A DNA stretch of 64,000 nucleotides from Heptranchias perlo (Eukaryota). Shown piece after piece: positions 55,051 to 64,000 of this stretch. The notes under the pieces are model-generated. The model worked only from the letters and a program-made list of their open reading frames with translations, ran no database searches and had not been told where the DNA came from. Numbering within the stretch: position 1 is the stretch's first letter; every line of letters begins with the position of its first letter. Made by a program: the position numbers and the translations under genes. Location of the stretch: NCBI RefSeq assembly GCF_035084215.1, contig NC_090340.1, positions 15,066,001 to 15,130,000 of the forward strand, given 5' to 3'.

Positions 55051-55829
55051 AAGATTATTTCTTCACTTTTATCACAGGAACTACCTAAGTAAAGTTATTA
55101 TTCTGTAATGATATGCGCCCACGAGTACTGCACTGCCTCAGTTTTGCACCTCGCTGCTCCGCAGCCTGTACTTCAGCATAACTCCAATGCCCCGACTGCT
55201 CTGGTTTCTAATTTGTCATAAGTTTTGCTATTTAACTGTGAATAATTAGACAAAATAAAAGTTTATGTAAATAAGGACAGAATTTATGATTTCAATATGG
55301 AGATTGAATTAATTCTGCGTGACCTGGGTCATTTATTTCTCCACCATCAACCGCTCCTACACGGAAACACCACCTTGGTCTTGGCTCCCTGCCACAATCT
55401 GAAATGCTGAGAATTGCTCCTGACTCCATTCTCAGCGCGCCCGGACCACAACCGATCTGCGAGCTCTCCAGTGTTTCTTCACTCGTCCAGTTCATTTCCT
55501 CTGTTGCTATTTTTGATTCTTCTTCTGCGCTGGCCGAATCTGGCTCTGTTGGTGTAAAGAATTGGGCGCTGCAAAGTTTGAATTCTTCATTTGGGATCGA
55601 CTACGAAGGAGCGGACTTTCGGCGTTGGGAACAGGCTGAAAATGTTTCGGCGTGGAATGCCCAGGGTGCAGAAGTGACCTCCCCACTTATTCCAGCGGTC
55701 CACTCACTCGGTCCAAGTATTTTCACGAAAATCGTTTCCGAGATGTTTGAAGTATTTATATTTTATCTTTTTTTTTGTTACACTAAAAGGACACTTATTT
55801 TCATTGTCTAATGATGGCCTCTCTGGGGG

Positions 55830-56140
55830 CTTTCATTCCCGGCGCGACACACCACTCTCGAACTCACAATTCCTCTAATTCCCACCTCTTATGCGACCCC
55901 TCCCTTTGTCCTACCATTGCTGACCATTCTTTCGGCCGTCAAGGCCCGATCTTCCACACTTTCCTCCCTAACATCGTCTCCTTTAAGAGACTCCTTAAAT
56001 CCCATCTCTTTGACCAAGCTTTCGGCCGCACCTGGTATTGTTTCTTTCTTTAGTTCGACCTCTGTTTTTTCCTTCCGCTTTTGCGAAGCCCCATGAGACG
56101 TTTTCTTCAATCATAAAGGAGCTACAAAAATACAGATTCT
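55830..56140 (+). mobile_element. L2 3' tail fragment
   Basis: FKRLLKSHLFDQAF and L2 tail. Confidence 0.7.
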
Positions 56141-57105
56141 TGTGGGTTTCTGGTTTTGATTGGCATCATTCGGTACTCTGCATACTTGAGCAAATCCATC
56201 AGGTAAGCTAAAGGGAGAGTGATTATTTGAATCAATCAGAAAAGTATTAGGTAATAATTTTGGGAGTAATGCACTTACCTACATTTTTAAAATGCATTGT
56301 TCATGGACATGTGAAATATGTGAGCCCTTTAGGATGGGGAAGCCTCCCTTGCACTTGACGCTCGAATGAGGAGAATATTACCGTTCCTTATTAACATATT
56401 TTGGCCATTGAGCTCTTGACCTGGACGCCTAATTGGCGCACGGCTCTTGTTTAACTAGCTGACATATCCGCTATCAAATCAACTTGCACAGTTTAATCAT
56501 TGCCGCCATTAATTTGCTCCAAACATTTTTGGCAGGACGCGCTGTTAACTGGAAATTGCATTTGCAAACACGCCCTGATCTCGGCAGCTGTCTAATAGGA
56601 TCATCAAATCTCCATTTACTCACTGCTAAATAAGGTGATTACAATGTAAAAATGGACCTTCGGCCTTTCTCTACTGTAATTTAAAGAACAGATTAGAAAC
56701 GATCTCTAAAATTTCCCAGTCTGTACAGATTTGATATTTTTACTTTATTGTGTGACGCGTGCAACCTAAGGGAGGTGTATTTGTCTCACGATATTCACTA
56801 CAAGGAGCTTGGTCATTCCACATCTTAATCTCGGACAATCCAATACGATGCTACGATTGTTGGTAAATTCTCCATTTGAAATTCGGATATTATTTTTTCC
56901 TAATCCTGTGTTAACCGTGATATAGGCGATTGCAGTGGCTGCTTCGGAACAAAACGGTCAACAAATCTCACTTCACAAATGAAACCTATTCTGAATCTGC
57001 AGACACAGGATGTCAAACGTCATTGCAACGCATTTCGGCTTAAATAATCAGCAGGCCCTTCTTACTGTGGCAACAGTCAGTGATCAGTTTAATCTTTTGC
57101 TCGGA

Positions 57106-57160
57106 ATGTTGTCGAGTCTGATGTTTCTGTGCCTGTCTCTCCGGGGAATTAGTTACACAG
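57106..57160 (+). CDS. Gene B exon 1, signal peptide MLSSLMFLCLSLRGISYT
   Basis: Paralogous to 35973-36027, donor ACAG|gtacc. Confidence 0.85.
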
Positions 57161-60100
57161 GTACCTGTTATTCTCTATCCCATCTGTCTCAATAAATAAA
57201 ACATCTGAAGGAGTTATCATATGAATTGAATTAGATTGATATCGTCCATCTATATTCTTCTTTCTCTAATTTATTTCCATGTACAAATATTTTCTAAAGT
57301 GTCTGGTTCCACATAGAATATAAATAACCAAATGTTTAAAATATTTTATAACAGCTGCTGCACGTATTTCTCAAACTCCCGAAAAGATGATTGCATTAAG
57401 GGGGACAGACATCACCTTCTACTGTGTAATCCCCCTCTCTCAGGACAACTCAGGGGTAGAAGTGCGTTGGTGGAAAGGGGGTGAGAACGAATATCTGCAA
57501 ACAGGCGCCGATAACAGAAAACGATTTGGTGTCAAAAATAAAGGAGCCGGTATCTTTGAGCTGCGGAACGTGACTTTCCAGGACTCTGGAATCTATCACT
57601 GCGCAGTGATCCGTCAGGGAAGAGTTAGTGAAAATGGAACGGGCTCAAATCTAATTGTGTGCGGTAAGTGACTGGGATGATCGGGAACTTCCAAATTTAT
57701 CAGATGTAACAAGAGGTCATTTTGCGATTGTTTCATTGTAAATTTTTGACGTATAAAAAAGTTATTTTAATACATTTACATTCAAACTCAATGTTACTCC
57801 GATGTCTCTGTACACAGCTGCTAATTACACGGCATAATATGGCGCTTCATTTGCTGAGTGGTGTGAAATTCCATCAATATTAACCAGAGTAAGTAACATA
57901 TTACTGGATTCATCTCAAAATGTAGTTTCTACATCAGACTTCTGAGGAGGGAAGGTGCGGAACAAATTCCAAATATATTGATGACTGACTGAAAATACTA
58001 TATATTAATGCACCTCTCCCGCCATTTATACGGCTCTTACCTTGTTTTAGGTGCTCTGTTTGTCCCCGTCACTGTCGGAGAGGTTTAACGGTCTCTGCTG
58101 AAATTAATGCTCAGAAAATGACAGGCTGGTTCGATTGGTGGATTTCAAATCAGATGCAATTAACTCAACAATCGATGGATTCAATCAACAAACGGGACCA
58201 CGAACCAAAATTTCGCCGCCTCTTTCGCCTCCAATAAATAAAATATTCCGCAGAGACTGAGCGGCTGAAACTTTCTGAGATTGAATGGAATGTAATTTCC
58301 TTCAGCCATTCCCATGCTCGGGCAGTGTGCACTGCCCGATAATCATTTGGTCCCTCCTTTTATTCTCGATAATGTACAGACTTTCCGTTTCTCTCTTGGG
58401 GAGACAGTCAGACAGGGCCAGAGTTACGAACAAACGGGGAATGACTGAGAATGGCATCAATCGCTCATATCTTACGTTTAATATCTCCCCAGTAACCTGA
58501 TTTTCCCCATTGTCTGTTCGACAGCTGCCCCAACTCCACTGAAGATTGTCTCCAGAACACCCGAGTGCAAATCGTCTGCCTCTCTGACTCTTGTGTGTGA
58601 AACGGCTGAGTTTTACCCGGAGGATTTCACCCTCACTTGGTATAAAAATGGCGTCAAAACCACAACTGGGATAAATATCACTAAACGGCAGAACACCGAG
58701 GGTTTGTATGAAGTTTCCAGTTCTTTGGAAGAGACGCAGCTTAAGCGGAATGGATCTGTTTACATCTGTTTGGTAACTCATGTCACCCTCCAGGAACCCG
58801 CCATTGTAACTTACACTGTAAGCAATTCCAACCCAGGTAAGAGGCCAACAGGCCAAGAACTGAGGTCAGCTACTGTTAAATACTGAAAGGGTATTTCATA
58901 GAGTTTGTTCATATTGATAATCATAAGATAATTTGAATTAAATTCCCGGGAAATCGGACAGAAAATACATGTTTCAATGTAATATATTATTTACCCGAAC
59001 CTGTTGTAAAAACGGAAGTAATATTGTCGCTCTCCACCCAGAAACTGCCAGTGAAACCTCGACAGCTTCCAAATTGTTTAAAAAAAAGTATAAGCAGGGA
59101 TTTTATCATTTGTATCCGATTATTTTATGTCTCTTGCGTATTACTAAACATTTAAATTTGTCCGCTTGTTAAAGTGTTTTTATTCTATCGCATTATATTC
59201 TTTCCTTACATGAGCTGCGGGACCAGGAGCTGCAGTTCGGTGTCTACCACCGAGCCTCTTCTGGTGCGGCTCCTGATTCCGAGCTCGGTTGGGCGATATT
59301 GTGAATGGGTTAGAAATCGACCTTGTGGATAGGCCGTAACCTGACCCCTCCATGATACAGAAGTTTGGAGCGGGATACCATTTCATTCCTTTCATTCAGG
59401 CCCTGCCCCAGATCTGTCTGTACTACAACCGGGTGCAAAGCATCGTTTTATTAACAACCATTTTTCTGTAATTAACAAATACTCGTGTACTTGTTTCCTT
59501 TCCTATTCAGTGACAGTCTTATTTCGGTAGATACGCTGCAGGTAATTGAATTGGCATTTAAACTAATTGAAGCAACCAGCCTTTTTTCTCAGGCAATGGC
59601 GAGTCACATGTCACTGACTGGCCCTGATTTCAGCAAACAGCTTAAGACCAGAAGAAAAGTCAATTCGAAGAACAAGTCATTCGGTCCATCGTAACTTATT
59701 CCTCTAGAATTCTAACTCTCCCAAATCAATCTTCAGAACACCCTAAACTGATTCCCTCCGTCGCAGAATATTCCGGGCATGTGTCGCCCTTTGTGACAAG
59801 GAGCTCCTTTTGATATCAGTTCTAAAAAGATAAATTAAGATTATTTTCAAATTCCCACGTTCTCGTGCTATAATGCGGAGTTACTGTAAATATGAACGGT
59901 AGTTCAACCAACAAATTATCCCGACGTCTCTATTTAGATAACGCCCGCCACAAATTAGAACTCTTTGTTCCTTTTAATCTTGCAGATCGTGACTGTAAAT
60001 ATCGTTACCTCTGGGGTGCTGGATGGGCGGTGGGTGGATTGGCGTTTCTCGTGCTCATGATCATCATTGGGACAAGATGCAATTTGAAGAATAAAGGTAA

Positions 60101-63100
60101 GTGTAACCTTAATCGTCTTATTTTCAGAAAAATCTTCAGAGGGATAGTAACAGCATCCTGGGCGGCACAGCAGGAGAAAAGTGCGAGTGTTATTTAAAGT
60201 GCAGGTGATATTATCTGATACCAAAGGAATAGAGACTACCGCTTGCTGCAAATGGCACTAAATTCAGCATCTTACAATGCAAGAATTCTCACAGAATCAT
60301 ATTATAAAGGATCTGATTATCTGGATATTAATAATGGATATTAATATCCACTTTGTGGCAGATAAGTGAAATCGGATCGATTGTTTCATCAATTTGCGGG
60401 TCCCTGACTATTTTGGGTAAAGTGGTGTCAGTGTCCAATCGGTGTCGATGTGCACGACTGCTGATGGCTTCAGGGACTCGGATTTACAATACAATCCGGA
60501 AAATGTGATATCACAAAATAACTGCGACGAGGAAGACCATTCGGTCGATCTTAATTCGTCCACCCAGATGAAAATGTTCCCCCAATGTAGAATCCAGCTG
60601 TTTGTTAAAGGATCCTGGGACTTTTGCCTCCTTTGCCGTACCTGAAAGTTTATTCCACATGTTGATCGTTGAGAAGGAGAAATTCCTGACATCATTCTTA
60701 AAATTATCATTTACTACTTTTGTCCCCCAGTACAGCACCCACAGTTAAATATTTAGTACTATATGGGTACGGTAGTGTAGTGCTTATGGTACTGAACTTT
60801 TAATCCTGAGGCCTGGATTTATAATCCAGAGAAGGTGATTGAAACAGCGCCATGGCATTTTGAGAACTTGAAACCAGTTTTTAAAATTTGGAAATAAAAA
60901 GCTGGTTTCCGTGAAAAAGCAAGTGACCGTGAAGCTGCCGGATTGTCATAAAAAGCCAAGTAATTCATTAATGTCCTTTGGGGATGGAAACCTGCCGTCC
61001 TTACTCGGTCTGGCCTATATGAGACTCCAGTCCCACACCAATGTGGTTAACTCTTAACTGTTCTCTGAAGTGGTCTAGTAAGCTAATCAGTTGTCTCTAA
61101 CTCAAGACAACTAAAGATGGAGAATAAATGCTGCCCTTGTTGGCCACACCACATCCTGAGAATGAATAAAGCAAAAATGTGGGTTAACTTTATGCGCTCA
61201 ACATTCTTATATATTTCCATAAGATCACTGCTCAGACGCCTAATTTCCAGGCTAAAAGATTAAGTTTATTCGGGGTTTCTTCATAACTCAGTTCACTGAC
61301 ACTGGGAAACCAGCCTGGTGGCTCTTCTCTGCACCGCCGCTAGCGCTAACGCTTGTTCATCAGTGACCAAAACTATTCTCAGTATTCAATGGACCATGTG
61401 ACCAGAGCACTGATGCCAGCTTTTTCTTTCCAAATTTCAAATACTGGTTTCAAGATCTCAAAATGCCATGGCGGTGTTTGAATCACCTTCTCTGGATCAT
61501 AAATCCAGGCCTCTCGCTTAAAAGTTCAGTAACATAAGCACGACACTACCGTACCCTTATATTGCTATATATTTAACTGTGGGGACTGAACTAGGGGACA
61601 CTGGTAAAAAGTAGCAAATGATAATGTTAAGAATGATGTCAGGAATTTCTTCTTCACAACGATCAACATGTGGAATAGATTCCCAATAACAGCAAAGGAG
61701 ACAAATGTCCTAGGAACCTTTAACAAACAACTGGATTCTACTTCGGGGAGCATTTTCATCAGGGTGGATGAATTAAATTCTACTGTTTTGCCTATGTAGT
61801 TCAACGTCGTATTGGCTTTGTCCACTGCTGCTCTGCTTGGATGGACATGTGTTTAGCGTCCAGTCTACTAAGACTCCTAAATCTCTTTTAGTTCCATCCT
61901 TAGCTATTTCAATGCAATCCATGGAATACATGTATAGTTTAATTTTCCTTCCCATCAGTCGTAATCTACTCTTCTCTGCATTGAATTTCATCTGCCATTG
62001 CTCTTCCCACCAATATATCTAAATTCATGTTAAGCTTAACATTGTTTCTAAAAATACTTTTGAAAGCATAAACATGGAAACTGAATAAACATTTTAATAA
62101 TTGAATGTAATCAAATATCATTCATTCCCAGGTAAACAGGAAAGTGTAACAACACCGCACCGCAATGAAGAGCTGGTAGGTTCATAACATTCATCCAGGA
62201 AGAGGGTTCGAATTTAAATAAATATTATTATGATGGAGATATTTCATCAAAAGTATTTGTCCCTCTTTGATGCGTCATTCAAATCGTGTTTTGAGAATTA
62301 TTTGGCACTTGTTGCGATGCTGGTGTAACTGGTTAAACAAAGGATAAAAACAAGGTATGATGGTAGCTTTATTCAACATATACATAGGTAATAATTACTG
62401 GTAAATCCATCTAATCGTTGCTTTTGGAATCTGATATTACACGTCTAAGATTCTAAAATTATCTCTTGTTTAATCATATCTGTAACACTGCATGGTAGTG
62501 AAAATTGACAGGTTGGAATGTGAGTTACAGTGGACACACGATTTACCGGCCTTAATATTCGTACATTTTTAAATATATTCACTGTGGTTTTATTTGAAGT
62601 CCCGATCATTCTGTGCAATATTCCATCAGCAGTCTGTAAACTGGCGAAGGCAATGAACTAGCCACATAACAAGACAATTTCCTTCTGGCCCATGCAGGCA
62701 GCAGAGAATGAGATAGCGCCTTATGCTGCATTAGATATGAGCAAAGCGAAGAGAACCCCAGGACGTAAACGTGAAGAGGCGAGGGCAGTATACGCTCAGG
62801 TAGGGCCGAGAAGCAGATAAGGGAACATAGACCACCACCGTGGCACTAACATTCATGTAATAGCGGAGTATTTTGGATTGTGCTGACTTTAACCGTGTAT
62901 TGTATCTAAAGCTATTTGTGAGTTATTCGGATGACTACTTTGAGCAGCAGTCCACAAACTGTTAAAAAGACCAATCAACAACACTTCCAAACATTGGCGT
63001 TTCAGGTAAAACAAGGAAGAGCCCGTGACAAGCTGACGTACGCGACTCTAGAATTGTCTGGCTCCGGGAAAGCGAGGAAATCTAAAAATAACCGGCAAAG

Positions 63101-63179
63101 CACAGAATATGCCGAGCTTCAGGGGAAAAAACAAAGAAGAGTAACAGAGGTCGTCTACACAGAAGCAAGAACCAAATAG
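57106..63179 (+). CDS. Gene B: IgSF VJ-C1 type I membrane receptor with ITIM/ITSM tail (SIRP-alpha-like), putative inhibitory. Exons 57106-57160, 57355-57663, 58525-58836, 59986-60096, 62132-62175, 62698-62799, 63006-63179; 368 aa
   Basis: GT-AG introns with phases 1,1,1,1,0,0 give a 1107-nt ORF. Tail motifs APYAAL, AVYAQV, LTYATL, TEYAEL, VVYTEA. Confidence 0.9.
57355..57663 (+). CDS. Gene B exon 2, VJ Ig domain
   Basis: ITFYC...VRWWK...DSGIYHC...NGTGSNLIV. About 58/98 aa identical to gene A V by hand count. Confidence 0.93.
58525..58836 (+). CDS. Gene B exon 3, C1-set Ig domain
   Basis: LVCETAEFYP, WYKNG, YICLVTHVTL. gacag acceptor, gtaaga donor. Confidence 0.93.
59986..60096 (+). CDS. 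Gene B exon 4, stalk and uncharged TM (LWGAGWAVGGLAFLVLMIIIG)
   Basis: ttgcag acceptor, gtaagt donor, hydrophobic run. Confidence 0.88.
60510..62015 (-). mobile_element. Old CR1 fragment in gene B intron 4, containing the SINE and an inverted duplication
   Basis: WQMKFNAEKS, RDLGVLVD; inverted arms 60551-60905 and 61416-61776. Confidence 0.7.
60764..61150 (+). mobile_element. tRNA-headed SINE sharing both ends with the 32200-35457 LINE
   Basis: GGGTACGGTAGTGTAGTG head and caactaaagatggagaataaatgctg...gaatgaataaa tail. Confidence 0.75.
62132..62175 (+). CDS. Gene B exon 5, cytoplasmic (GKQESVTTPHRNEEL)
   Basis: ttcccag / gtaggt, phase 1-0. Confidence 0.78.
62698..62799 (+). CDS. Gene B exon 6, cytoplasmic with APYAAL and AVYAQ(V)
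   Basis: catgcag / gtaggg, 102 nt, phase 0-0. Confidence 0.82.
63006..63179 (+). CDS. Gene B exon 7, terminal, with ITIM LTYATL and ITSM-like TEYAEL
   Basis: tttcag acceptor, lies within ORF 62931-63179, ends at TAG. Confidence 0.85.
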   Translation, partial: VKQGRARDKLTYATLELSGSGKARKSKNNRQSTEYAELQGKKQRRVTEVVYTEARTK

Positions 63180-63483
63180 TGATGCAATCTTAGGCACATA
63201 AATCAGTTTACTGGTGTATATTAATTTATCCCGCAGCCATATCAATTCCATTGATATCAATGAAAAAGAAAATCTGTTGGTTCCTATAAAAGGCCGGAGA
63301 TCCGATGCAGCAGTTTACCGCCTAAGCAGTGTCAGTGTGAATTGTCCCCATGTGAATGTTTATCCATGTTATCCAATCACCATGTATCCGAGATGTAACA
63401 CATTCCAGTATCGTGGTATATAATACACCTGTATATTTGGTTCCATTATTTGGGGATTATTAGTCAGCAATATAGTTACTTGT

Positions 63484-63489
63484 AATAAA
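63484..63489 (+). terminator. Candidate polyA signal of gene B
   Basis: AATAAA about 300 nt after the stop, context conserved with gene A. Confidence 0.5.
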
Positions 63490-64000
63490 AACATTTTCAA
63501 GTTGAATCTGTATTATTTAATATATGACGCATCTATACTATTTCAATTATAATGATAGGCTAACTGTCATGCTGTAGATACTTACATCGTGTTTATATAT
63601 TCAACAAAAATGGATGTTTTACGTTCTCCTTGTTAAAAAATCAACCATAATACATAAGTAATACATATGTCTGGGAACAAAACGGCACGCAACTGAGTTT
63701 TGACTTTACGCGTTGTGTCACTGTATTCCGGCTTCTAGCCCAGCCGATGCTCCTGGAGCGGAGAGCAGGAAGTTTCAATCCATGGATTGGTCCATAAACT
63801 CTGTGAACTCAGATTCTGCATGACGGTACAAGAGACACAGTTGCCCGAACTCTGGGATGGCTATCGATTCTTTTCCGAAACGTTATACCAAGACAATCCA
63901 CAGTCACCTTGGAGGGAACAGCCCTGATTATCCTCATTAAGTCCAATTTTCAGAAGGAGATTGATGTTTGGGAGAGAGTTCTGAAACGAGCAATATAAAT

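Noticed and set aside
35973-63179. Interpretation as a rearranging TCR or Ig light-chain locus
   Set aside because: V and J are fused, there are no RSS, and there are multi-exon cytoplasmic tails with ITIM/ITSM motifs. No gene symbol was assigned because orthology cannot be settled by eye.

Overview
Repeat-dense vertebrate genomic DNA, most likely from a cartilaginous fish. That assignment is an inference from the CR1/L2/Penelope/Harbinger/tRNA-SINE repeat set. The main genic content is two tandem + strand paralogues encoding immunoglobulin-superfamily type I membrane receptors, each with leader, germline-joined VJ domain, C1 domain, TM and tail exons. Gene B (57106-63179, 7 exons, 368 aa) has an uncharged TM and a long tail with ITIM/ITSM-type motifs, so it looks inhibitory (SIRP-alpha-like). 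Gene A (35973-39493, 6 exons, 290 aa) has an Arg at the TM start and a short Tyr-free tail. The remains of its inhibitory tail are still readable (1-nt frameshift, two Tyr->Phe changes, lost splice donor), so it looks like an activating partner derived from an inhibitory ancestor. A third, orphan exon at 12954-13064 encodes an LILRA/FcaR/GPVI-type Arg-containing TM preceded by an in-frame stop. The rest of the window is mostly decayed mobile DNA: nested CR1 and L2 LINEs, a fragmented LTR element (tRNA-Asn PBS, protease), a Harbinger Myb remnant, Penelope elements with a minimal hammerhead ribozyme, and a CR1 with a tRNA-derived head plus a matching SINE. Exons were assembled by hand from GT-AG sites and phase. 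Repeat boundaries are approximate.
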